Shown piece after piece: positions 1 to 11,207 of a stretch of 64,000 nucleotides of DNA. This DNA comes from Octopus sinensis. Taxonomy: Eukaryota. Made by a program: the position numbers and the translations under genes. Numbering within the stretch: position 1 is the stretch's first letter; each line of letters opens with the position of its first letter. The stretch lies in assembly GCF_006345805.1 (NCBI RefSeq), contig NC_043005.1, positions 9,300,001 to 9,364,000 of the forward strand, written 5' to 3'. Below the pieces are notes generated by a model, which made no database searches, had not been told where the DNA came from, and saw only the letters and a program-made list of their open reading frames with translations.

Positions 1-258
1 TATATATATATGTGTGTGTGTGGTGTGTGTGTGTGGTGTGTGTGGTGTGTGTGGTATGTATCTCTCTCTTTATATATATATATATGTATATATTTATATA
101 TATAAATATTCAGGAATATTCAAATATGAACTCCTGAAAATTTATATATATATATATATTATTTCTAAATCCCTCTGTATGTATGAATACATTCACATAC
201 AGACAGGCTTATATATTCTGAGCGTATATATGTGAGTGTGTATGTCTGTGTGCGTGCA

Positions 259-299
<41 letters not shown>

Positions 300-300
300 T
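1..300. repeat. Compound (TG)n/(TA)n microsatellites
   Basis: Dinucleotide runs seen directly. Confidence 0.95.
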
Positions 301-651
301 GTTATTTTTGTTAATTTTGCTTTAGAATAATAACCATATTTTAATATCAATTTTCTTCAAAATGTTTCAGGATGTATGAGAAATAAGTTATTTAATTGCT
401 TATGTAAATTTGAGAAAAAAATGCGAGAACACAAATGCAGAAAAAGGAAGGATGTGAAAATATTCGAGGAAGAAAATTAGAAAAATGCGGAAGGAAGATA
501 TGGAAATGCAACCATTAAGCTTAGATAAATGCAAAGTGCCCAATTGAAGCTTTGAAAGTTTAACTAAATAGAAGAAAAAAACAAACGAATAGAATGAAAT
601 AATGAACACAAAATTGCTCCATAGCTTTATTTTGAAGAAAAGCGACCATTG

Positions 652-1041
652 CATACTCCAGATATTAACTTTAATTCTAAGAGTGAATCAGATTTTATTG
701 GAATATACAGATGTTAATTTCCACCATAGTATTACACATGTATATCCGTGAAGTATATATATCTAATATCGTGAGTTTATAGTTTGAATCAACTGCATTT
801 TTGAATTTGAATAATATATTTTTGTTAAACTAAACTAAACGCCATCATACTCCAGATATTAACTTTAATTCTAAGAGTGAATCAGATTTTATTGGAATAT
901 ACAGATGTTAATTTCCCCCATAGTATTACACGTGTATATCCGTGAAGTATATATATCTAATATCGTGAGTTTATAGTTTGAATCAACTGCATTTTTGAAT
1001 TCGAATAACATATTTTTGTTAAACTAAACTAAACGCCATCA
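652..1041 (+). repeat. Tandem duplication, 194-bp unit
   Basis: TCCAGATATTAAC recurs at 657 and 851; the two units differ by only a few substitutions. Confidence 0.95.
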
Positions 1042-1152
1042 TGTAGTCATGTAGTTGTTGGTAAGTATGCAGCATTGTACAGTCTGCGGTTTGTAGGAGT
1101 ATGGTTAGTTTGTTAACTCTTGTAATATTATTCGAAATAGGCTTTCTCCTAT

Positions 1153-1482
1153 AAATCCTTAAATCCTTAAAAAAGTTTTAGCCGAAGGCCGCGGCCATGC
1201 TGAGGCACCACCGCTGAATGATCTACACTAATATGTGAATCCACCTCTGATACGTGGCACTTGATCAACAAGGGAGTTCGATGCTGCTGCCCGCATCTGC
1301 GTCTCGTGTCGTGAGGTAGGTTCATCTGGGACTCCCGACAAGAAGAGATCCAGTTTAGTTTTAAAGAAACCCACATCCACACCATGTAAGTCTCTTAGGC
1401 ATTTAGGGAGGATGTTAAAGAGCTGTGGTCCTCTGAAACCCAAGCTGTTGCAGTATCTGGTCCTGTATGTAAAAACAATCAT
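1153..1482 (-). mobile_element. 3' end of a CR1-like LINE (ORF2 C-terminus, 3' UTR, (AAGGATTT)2 tail)
   Basis: Translation NSLGFRGPQLFNILPKCLRDL...FKTKLDLFLSGVPDEP...AASNSLVDQ matches CR1-type ORF2 C-termini; a short tandem tail follows. Confidence 0.85.
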
Positions 1483-2399
1483 AAATAATTGTAGTCAGTG
1501 GGTAACTGAGAAGGAAAATTTTCGTACATAGTTGCAATCATTGAAAATCTACTACGGAAAATATCATAGGAAATATTATAAACACACTCATTTCCGTAAC
1601 GTTGTTATAGTTTGTAACATTGCTAAATATGTTTGAATAGATATATTAAGGGCGTGGGCCGTAATGAGTATAGGGAAAATTAATTAATGGAACGGGCTGA
1701 AAACTTGCATGATACAAAGGCAGCTGTCGGTTACACAGCTACACACACATGCACGAAACACAAATATAAACCTATGTCTGTATGAACTCTGAGACTCATA
1801 CACACACACACACACATACACACACGCAGGCACACATACACACACATTTATTTAAGAGCCAATCCCAGGAAGCTAAGTAAATCGTGAGAGAATGTTCGTT
1901 TCGTAGGATGTAAGGAAACATAAAAATGAAAGCGTATTCGTGACAACTGTTTGTGAAAATGAAATTAAGTGAAAATTTGTTGATATATGATAATACTATA
2001 TGTAAATAGACATAATTCGAAGAAAATTATGTGTCAGGAATCGTTAAAATACTAAAGATTATGATGTAAGACGTATCCGAAAGTACGACAGTTTTGCATA
2101 AATTACTGTTTTTCTTGAGATGCATTACTAGAATATTATATACATAAAAACAGGCATCTTCATAAAAGCAGGTATCTCTCGCTCACTCTCCCTCAGACAC
2201 AAACACAAACACACACACGCACACACACAAACACACACACACAAGCACACACACACACACATACATACGTGTATGTTTTTTGCGTGTGTGTGTCTGTGTG
2301 TTTTAGTGTATTCGTGTGTGTAATAGAGGTGAGTTCCCGCGCGCGAATTTATGCGTCGTGCGCATAAAGTCAGTTACCGAGTTTCAAATTAAATCGTTT

Positions 2400-3200
2400 G
2401 TGTCGTTACTAGGTTACATATGAAGAATTCTGAATATTCTTTAGCTTAAGTTCGTGTGGCTAGTGTTGTTGTGCATTTATATTTTAAGCTGGTAAAATAA
2501 TTCATATGGGCCCTATAGCGAGGCTCGAAATTCTATGTAAACCCTTACCCTATGTGTGGCATGTGTCTCTCCACAGCACTTATAAACTACATTTCTGCGT
2601 AGATAGGATCCAGCAAGTGGGCATGAGTCCGGGATGCGACAATTACATGTTTTTCTTCTTGTTTCAGCATTAATCTTCCGTTTAACTGTCAGATCCACCT
2701 CAACTTGTAGGGGATGTACTAGTGTATCATCTTTATTAGAATTAGTATGGTTTTTTTGTGTTTTGAGGTGTAATACAAGGAGTTGAATAGGTAGACTTCT
2801 TAAGTCTAAGTTTGGATCTATTAATGGAGGTTATAATCGATTCTAAATCTGGTGTAGTGGAATACGAGAGTTTCAGAGACGACTTGTTGAAGATAGGATA
2901 CTACTTATGATATTTTGGGAAATTTTCTTTCAAAAATTTAAAGAATACTTCTGGTAATGATCTTCCTACTAACATTTACTCGTTATGACAGTATATGAGA
3001 TGTGAATCCTTAACTAATATATTCTCCCCGATGAAAGAGGCTGTGTCTAAAATTTGGATAGGAATATCCCTTATTTGTATGGATTATTGTAACATTGAAA
3101 TGGCCGTCGGATTATTACCATTTAATTCTTGAAATTCGAGTACCACCATTTAATTATTGGAAACTTCAAATTCCATCTGGATGCTTAAACATTTCTGTTT
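2400..3200 (-). mobile_element. Degraded Penelope-like element (RT linker to GIY-YIG)
   Basis: Minus-strand peptides IFNKSSLKLSYSTTPDLESIITSIN and TCNCRIPDSCPLAGSYLRRNVVYKC match the PLE linker and CNC..CPL.G.C...VVY motifs; multiple stops. Confidence 0.8.
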
Positions 3201-3434
3201 CACATTTTTGCGAGGATCTACACTTTTATTTTATTTTTTAATATATGTTTTAATATATTTTTTAAATATCTTTTTTTATATCTTTTTAACAAGACACCCA
3301 ACCTTTAAGGAGGAGGATATCTTCAATATACCTTTCAAAATTCAATATATATATATATATATTGTATGTATGCATGTATGTATGTATTCATGTATGTATG
3401 CATGTATGTATGTATGTATGTATGCATTTTTGTG

Positions 3435-3636
3435 TCTGTTTGTCCGTCAACATAGCTTCACAGCCGATGGTGGTGAGTTTGCGTCCCCGTAACTTAGCGG
3501 TTCGGCAAGGGGGACCGATAGAACAAGTAGTAGGCTTACAAAGAATAAGTCCTGGGGTCGATTTGTTCGACCAAAGGCGGTGCTCCAGCATGGCTGCAGT
3601 CAAATGACTGAAACAAATAAAAGAATAAAAGAATAC
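3435..3636 (+). mobile_element. SINE-A, 3' half
   Basis: Matches the 3' half of the full copies at 13870 and 52882; ends in TAAAAGAA repeats. Confidence 0.9.
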
Positions 3637-3666
3637 CTTTGTATCGGAAAGAAACAATGAAATATG

Positions 3667-4064
3667 TTTATATATAAAAGTGAGGTTGTGTGCTGTCTGT
3701 CTCCTACGATTTAGATTCCTAACTACTCCCACATTTTGCGGTGCAGTTTAACCAAAACCGGGTATCTTATAGTCGTGATTCATATCGAGCACTTCTGGGT
3801 ATTAGCGCGCGTCTACGATGAGTCTACGATTAAAAAAAAAGAATTATTATCAATCTTTCCCATTTTTAATGCATTTTTGGCATATATAAGGGAAGTAACT
3901 CTCTAAAAATTTATTATTAAATCTCAGAACGTAAAAAGCTACGGTAACACCACCACCCCTTTGTGGTTAGCCATATTGAGATGGCTATTATACTTTACAT
4001 CTCTAAAAATGCTTATATAGTTATTTCCCTTACAAACCCGAGCAACGCCGGGCGATACTGCTAG
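3667..4064 (+). mobile_element. Non-autonomous Helitron
   Basis: 3' hairpin CCCGAGCAACGCCGGG (4037-4052) lies 8 nt before a terminal CTAG|T; no TSD; second copy at 48569-48863. Confidence 0.8.
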
Positions 4065-4393
4065 TTTATTCTAAAACAATTCTAACGGAAGTTCCGATAT
4101 TTGTTTCATTCATATGCAAGTAAATTTTTCATTTGCTTGCTAATTTATCAATCGCCAGCACATATAGCACAGATATTAATACATGTGTAGTCATAGAAGG
4201 ACATAAGCCCCAAACATAAACTTAGAAGAAGCGCACGTTATGCAGTGTGAAAACTTTAATACATGGAAACACTTTCAATCAGACACACAAACACTGCACA
4301 TGTACGCTAAATCTTCAGTATATTCGTATCATAAACACTCGCAGCGATACACATACATTTATGCATACATATATATATATATATGTGCATATA

Positions 4394-4420
4394 CATGTGT
4401 GTGTGTGTTGTGTTTGTGTG

Positions 4421-4508
<88 letters not shown>

Positions 4509-4547
4509 TGTGTGTAATGTACGCATGTGTATATGTATGTATATATA
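4394..4547. repeat. (TG)n/(TA)n microsatellite
   Basis: Seen directly. Confidence 0.95.
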
Positions 4548-5118
4548 TTGGGTTGTCCGAAGAGTTCGTGCCGATTTTTAAAGGAAAGAAAAAGGTCAAT
4601 AAATACTTGCCGTCACATTTTTAATCAACCAAATATGAACCATTTTGTTGCACAATGCGTCTCCATCTTTCCTTTAACTTCAAAATTTCCCCTTCCCAGA
4701 ATTGATGTGGTTTCATGGCAAAGGATTCATCGAGGTATCTTGTTACGTCATCAAAGGAATTGAAATTTTTACCATTAAGACTATTCTGCAGAGACCTGAA
4801 TAAGTGGGAATTCAAAGGAGCAATATCTGGTGAATATGGAGGGTGGAGTAACACATCCCAACCGAGCTGCAACAAGTTTTGTCTGGTTCCCAAAGCATCA
4901 AGTTCCGAAAATGAACTTTCTTATCTTCCATTTTAAAGGGTTACAGAAGTAACACAGGTTATAGGAACGTAAAACTTCTTCCACAAAAAGATAGCTTAAA
5001 CTGTGTTCTAAATAGAGGTGTAGTCAAATCCTATTTTATGGACTCAACCATATTCTAAAATAAGACGAAAGGTAAACTACTATAAATCAGCCGAACGTTT
5101 CCGGACAAGCCAATGGAT
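4548..5118 (-). mobile_element. Internally deleted mariner
   Basis: Approx. 30-bp TIRs TTGGGTTGTCCGAAGAGTTCGTGCCGATTT and TTGGCTTGTCCGGAAA..GCTGATTT. The start MEDKKVHFRNLMLWE (ATG at 4931) is fused to the C-terminal LGWDVLLHPPYSPDIAP..HLFRSLQNSLNGKNF. Confidence 0.9.
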
Positions 5119-5174
5119 ATATACTAACTTATAATTTGGTATGTATATATGTATATATATATAATATATATATA

Positions 5175-5233
<59 letters not shown>

Positions 5234-5325
5234 CATGTTCTAAAATAAGAGGAAAGGTAAGCTACTATAAATCAGCAACGAACTTTCCGGACAAGCCAAT
5301 GGATATATACTAACTTATATATTGG

Positions 5326-5363
<38 letters not shown>

Positions 5364-5495
5364 ATATATATATATATATATATTTAAACCTGTTCTAAAA
5401 TAAGAGGAAAGCTAAGCTACTAAAATCAGCACGAACTTTCCGGACAAGCCAATGATATATACTAACTTACATATTGGATATGTATTATATATAAT

Positions 5496-5526
<31 letters not shown>

Positions 5527-5626
5527 TATATTTAAACATGTTCTAAAATAATAGAAAGGTAAGCTACTATAAATCAGCACGAACGTTCCGGACAAGCCAA
5601 TGGATATATACTAACTTATATATTGG

Positions 5627-5669
<43 letters not shown>

Positions 5670-5873
5670 GTGAAATAGAAGATGAATAATCTTGTAGTAG
5701 ATTATCAACAGTTTAACCGATACCTTAGTAGCAAAAATCACAGCAGTAAACAGCACGGTTGGAGGTACAACCATCTGGCGTTGCAACCGTGCGTTGGTGC
5801 GGATAATTGAAATTAAAACATTATTGGTGAATTGAAGAAATGAGCTGAACGCAGATTGAACAGAAATCGTTTT

Positions 5874-5965
5874 ATTTCATTCTACACGTGTTTCGAAAGG
5901 CACAAATTACCAAAATCCGATTGAATAATGGGACCATATGTGTCTTTCTCTTCAGGAAGAAAAAG
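5874..5965 (-). ncRNA. Type I hammerhead ribozyme motif
   Basis: CUGAAGA (5955-5949), long stem II, GAAA (5894-5891), C-ACGU-G, GUA triplet; stem I UUUC-UUC/GAA-U-GAAA. Confidence 0.75.
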
Positions 5966-6312
5966 GAAATCCGTTGAAAAAACAAAACAGAACAGAGGCG
6001 GAGCAAAAAACAAATCGAACTGTGCTCCTAAGAGCCCATGCGCGAAACTGTTTATCAGTGTATGTTGAGAACCGGTGGCTGAAGAATTCAACGGGTCAGG
6101 CATCGGTCAATCATGTGGGTGAGGGTGTATAGATGTTCTTTGTGACCGAGAATAAAGATCTGACTATTTAAAGAATATTGGATGTTTTATAAGTGGCGAG
6201 AAAAAATCTACTTAGAGACGTGTGTGTGTGTATACTGTTCTATATATGTGTGTGTTGGCGTATTGTTTTTTGCTCCGCCTCTGTTCTGTTTTTGTTTTTC
6301 CAACGGATTTCC

Positions 6313-6405
6313 TTTTTTCTTCCTGAAGAGAAAGACACAATATGGTCCCATTATTCAATCGGATTTTGGTAATTTGTGCCTTTCGAAACACGTGTAGAAT
6401 GAAAT
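6313..6405 (+). ncRNA. Type I hammerhead ribozyme motif
   Basis: CUGAAGA 6323-6329; stem II GAAAGACACAA/UUGUGCCUUUC (10 of 11 pairs); GAAA 6385-6388; palindromic stem III ACACGUGU; predicted cleavage after A6396. Confidence 0.8.
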
Positions 6406-6453
6406 AAAACGATTTCTGTTCAATCTGCGTTCAGCTCCATTTCTTCAATTCAC

Positions 6454-6502
<49 letters not shown>

Positions 6503-6649
6503 TATATATATATTATATATATATAGATATATATATTATATCATATATATAATTTTAAACATGTTCTAAAAAAGAGGAATAGGTAGCTACTATAAATCAG
6601 CACGAACTTTCCGGACAAGCCAATGGATATATACTAACTTATATATTGG

Positions 6650-6688
<39 letters not shown>

Positions 6689-7109
6689 AACATGTTCTAA
6701 AATAAGAGGAAAGGTAAGCTACTATAAATCAGCACGAACGTTCCGGACAAGCCAATGGATATATACTAACTTATATATTGGATATGTATATATATATATA
6801 TATATATCTATATATATATTATATATATATATATATAGATATATAATATTTAACATGTTCTAAAATAAGAGGAAAGGTAAGCTACTATAAATCAGCACGA
6901 ACGTTCCGGACAAGCCAATGGATATATACTAACTTATATATGGATATGTATATATATATATATATAATATATATATATATATAATATATATATATATTAT
7001 ATATTAAACATGTTCTAAAATAAGAGGAAAGGTAAGCTACTATAAATCGGCACGAACTTTCCGGACAAGCCAATGGATATATACTAACTTATATAGGGGA
7101 TATGTATTA

Positions 7110-7171
<62 letters not shown>

Positions 7172-7684
7172 AACATGTTCTAAAATAAGAGGAAAGGTAA
7201 GCTACTATAAATCGGCACGAACTTTCCGGACAAGCCAATGGATATATACTAACTTATATATTGGATATATATATATATATTTAAACATACATATATACAT
7301 ATGCACACATATGTATGAACTATTGTGAGTGTTACTCATACAAAATTCACACAGGCGCACGCACACAGAGACACACACACGTACATACACACGCACACAC
7401 ATATACTTACACACACATAGGCACGCGCGCTTGCACACACGCACACCATCGCCACCCACATGAAAATACATGGTCCTCTTGATAATTTAATCGTCAGCAT
7501 TAGCGCTTCTCTTACAGTAAGTAGTATTGCGCATGGTCGATGACTGGTATATCTTATCCCATTTATGACACTGATTTATTGTCTTACAGTCAAGAGGTTC
7601 CATGTATCATGCGATACGTATACTGGACAAATTTTCGACAAATTCAGATTGTATAGCTATGAAGAACAACAAAAGCAAGCACGA

Positions 7685-7800
7685 CGATAACAACAACAAC
7701 AGCAGCAACAACAACAACAACAAAAACAACAATAATAATAATAATAATAATAATAATAATTATTATTATAATAATAATAGTAATGATAATAATAGTAATG

Positions 7801-7840
<40 letters not shown>

Positions 7841-7940
7841 TGATGATGATGATGATAATAATAATAGTAATAATAATAATAATAATGATGATGATGATGA
7901 TGATGATGATAATAATAATAATAATGATAATAATAATATT
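7685..7940. repeat. Compound (AAC)/(AAT)/(GAT) microsatellite
   Basis: Seen directly. Confidence 0.95.
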
Positions 7941-8445
7941 CTACGTCATGAGTATTGATAATATATTTATATTATGGTTTGTTTAATTCATTGGTTTCAC
8001 GGCATTCTTCCCTATAGAACCAAATGTGTTTCAGGTGTCTTATAGTATTGCTGTCTTTTGTTCCAGGGGTCAGTATTTATGTTGTATATTATAATCAATC
8101 ATTGTTCGATCCTTTGCTCGGTTTTATAGGATTGTTTACTTATACCGTGCATTGTGTATTTATTGAATGAAAAGAGAAACCTTGTTATACCAAGTATCGC
8201 ATTTGTTACCATATGCAAAACGATAATATCTGAAGTTTCCTCTATATTATTCTACACCAATATTATGATTAATTTTATTATCACTGATCTGGTATCTATG
8301 AAGAAATCTGGTTTACACCGTGGAGATCAAATAGAATGAAATAATTTCGCAGTTGACTCCCATGCTTCTCAACATTAGATTAAATATGTATTAGTGTTTG
8401 AGTTAAAGGATTCTGTCTTCAGTACAAAAGTATTTTTAATTGATT

Positions 8446-8833
8446 GTGGAGGCGCAATGGCCCAGTGGTTAGGGCAGCGGACTCACGGTCATAGGATCGC
8501 GGTTTCGATTCCCAGACCGGCCGTTGTGAGTGTTTATTGAGCGAAAACACCTAAAAGCTCCACGAGGCTCCGGCAGGGATGGTGGTGATCCCTGCTGTAC
8601 TCTTTCACCACAACTTTCTCTCACTCTTACTTCCTGTTTCTGTTGTACCTGTATTCCAAAGGGCCGGCCTTGTCACTCTCTGTGTCACGCTGAATATCCC
8701 CGAGAACTACGTTAAGGGTATGCGTGTCTGTGGAGTGCTCGGCCACTTACACGTTAATTTCACGAGCAGGCTGTTCCGTTGATTCGGATCAACCGGAACC
8801 CTCATCGTCGTAACCGACGGAGTGCTAGAGAGA
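8446..8833 (+). mobile_element. SINE-B (tRNA-derived), full length
   Basis: A box TGGCCCAGTGG, B box GGTTTCGATTCCC; 14-bp TSD ATTTTTAATTGATT at 8432-8445 and 8834-8847. Confidence 0.92.
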
Positions 8834-9399
8834 ATTTTTAATTGATTATTGTTTTTCCATCATTGCATTCAATATACAGCTTTACTGTCACTTTTCGTAT
8901 GGATGGAACCCATAATCGATTTTTCGCAACTATTGTATAAAACTCATTGTTTAAAACTTCCGTTATTTCATCCTACTTTTAATATTGTTTTTCTTGTCTG
9001 GATAGTTTCTACCTTAGCGGAATTGTCAAAGTATCAGACAATGACTCGCTGTATTCGTTCCAGTACTTTTCCTCCTCAGTGTAAATTCTACCGAAGTCAG
9101 CTTACATTTTATCGTTTCAGAGTTAACAGCGTTTGTATAACAGAATAATTCTGACCCTCAAAAACTGATGCTGCATATGTAAATTTGAAACAACGTTTAT
9201 AACAGGTTTGTATATTCATTGTTAATAGTTATACTGAAGGGTCTTTTGACTGAATATAGAGATGCGTGTTCAGTTCAGCCTGTCGTAGCACATAATATTG
9301 TTTTCTAATAAGGGAACTACGGAATCAGGAAGAGCAGTGTGACCTCGGTAAAATTTGAAATCAGAAACCACAAGACTCAATCTTAACTCTTCAGGCGAT

Positions 9400-11150
9400 T
9401 TTCTTCGATATTCAGTCAACTAATCAACCGAATTCTTCTGGTCGACCTTGCTTAAAATGCTCGGCTTTTTTGCACCAACTTTCATAAATCCATTTATCTT
9501 AAAGAGTTAAACAGGATATCAACTGTGTTCAGAGCGTGGTGATCGATGAAGGTCTTTGCTGGGTAGAAGACACATGAGTTTCCATAGTAGAATGCATGTT
9601 CGAATGTATCACTAATGAGTTCTTGCTTAAATCTCCAGTAAGGTTTTGTAAGATATGTGTGTCTCGTTGAAATAACATCAATGATTGCAAGATGACTTCC
9701 AAGATGTATTCAGGATGACTTGCAATATCCATATGAAAGTACTGTGTTGTTTTCCCTACAAGTGTTTGTGAATGCCCACTCGGTGGAAATCTTTTATACC
9801 ACAGCTTTAATTGTTGCATGGTGTTCAAGCTAATACAAAAAAAAAAACACCAAAACACAATTCATTCTCTATTAATATTTTTTATAATTTTTCGGTGGAT
9901 GTGATGAAACTTTGAAAGTACACAAGGGTTTCTACAGCTTTTTAGATGATTTTGTTGAAATTTGATCAATTAAAACTCTTGATTGTAACAAGTATTTTCA
10001 GATAAAATAAATTCTTCATGTGTTGAATGTTGTGGGGCAGGATAGTAGCTTCTGAGAAAGTATTTGCGAAGTATACACTAATCTCAGCATAATCTATGAC
10101 TATTTTTGTTGTGAATGGTTAGTGTGAAGCTAAATTTGAAGACATTATCAACTAAAGTGTGAAGGACATAGCCCTGGCAGATGAGAAATAAGGATAGTAA
10201 AAATTATTACTTTGCAAGTCGCTGTATTAATCTCGAAGTTGTGTTATTGCGTGGCATTATTACTTGCTGGGAGCAAGGTGTAGAGTTGGCAGTCGGAAAT
10301 ATGCCTTCCAGAACTTCTTCTGTCTTCTAATGTTCTGACTTAAATATCAGAAAGGCCTACTTTATTCGTCATTCATTTGGCGTCCATGAAGTAAAGTACC
10401 TGTCAAGTTCTCAGATCGATAGTATTAACTATTAATAATTACCATTCTCTAAAACAGATGGCTTCGTGCCTAAATTATTATTACATCCAGAAATTATTAT
10501 TACTGCTGGGAGTAATTCTTCTGGTACTTCTTATTTAAAATTAGCATTTTCCCTTTTGTTCAATGAGTGAAAAGCTCTTGGAAAGTCAATAAACAGTACA
10601 GCTGGTAATAGATGAGCTTTTACTAACTTCGTGCACGACCGATTCTCGTTAGACTCATTTTCGTTCCGTCCTAAGACCTACTAGAGCTTTGCCTGCATAT
10701 TTCCAGGAATGATTTCTTGTAGCTTTTTTCTGCAATCCTTGTAACTGTAATCTCTCCGTACTTCATAATCTACTTCTAAATCGCCTTTCTTAGGAAAGTC
10801 TAATTCTTAACCGGGTTTTGATTGTATACTGGATTGTAAAATTGAAGAAAAGTATCATTAATTGCCTTTGACTTTCGGATTTCTAGTGAGATATTACCAA
10901 GGTCAGCTTATTTAATATGTGTTGGGATTGTTTGTACTTCAGGAAATTCATATAATGTGAAATCATAATTACAGAATTATATTTAGTATCAGCTTCTACG
11001 ATTCTATCTGAAACAATTTTAGATTACTCTGAATTTCTGGAAATGGTCCTTTCCTTCGTCCCTGGAGGTTTATTGTTTTATTATCAATTAATTCTCACAT
11101 CTCCTTCCTTAGATTACCAAGCCAAAGACGACTGCCTGTTTGCCGCTTCA
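9400..11150 (-). mobile_element. Highly degraded RTE/RTE-X LINE (RT and C-terminus)
   Basis: Collinear motifs KGDL, YGEITVTRIAEKSY, VLFIDFPRAFHS (approx. 10566-10600), LFLICQGYVLHTL, ILQVILNTSW and WRFKQELISD; many stops and frameshifts. Confidence 0.7.
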
Positions 11151-11207
11151 TGCACAGCCATCTCTATTTTGCTTTCAGTATATTTTGGCTGCTTGATTTA
11201 ATAAATA

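Larger units (their letters stand above)
5668..6453. mobile_element. Short PLE-derived insertion with inverted pseudo-LTRs
   Basis: Near-identical inverted arms at 5827-6013 and 6263-6453, each carrying a hammerhead core; inserted in (TA)n. Confidence 0.75.
5046..7285. repeat. Tandem array of 9 units: approx. 98-bp core containing one mariner TIR plus variable (TA)n
   Basis: CCGGACAAGCCAATG occurs near 5101, 5287, 5441, 5588, 6611, 6743, 6907, 7061 and 7226; the array is interrupted at 5668-6453. Confidence 0.95.

Noticed and set aside
5046-7285. Repeat-spacer pattern resembling CRISPR
   Set aside because: The spacers are (TA)n, the repeats derive from a mariner end, the context is eukaryotic and no cas genes are present.
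8446-8525. tRNA-like sequences here and at other SINE heads
   Set aside because: They continue into SINE bodies, recur with TSDs or tails, and lack a clean acceptor stem and terminator.
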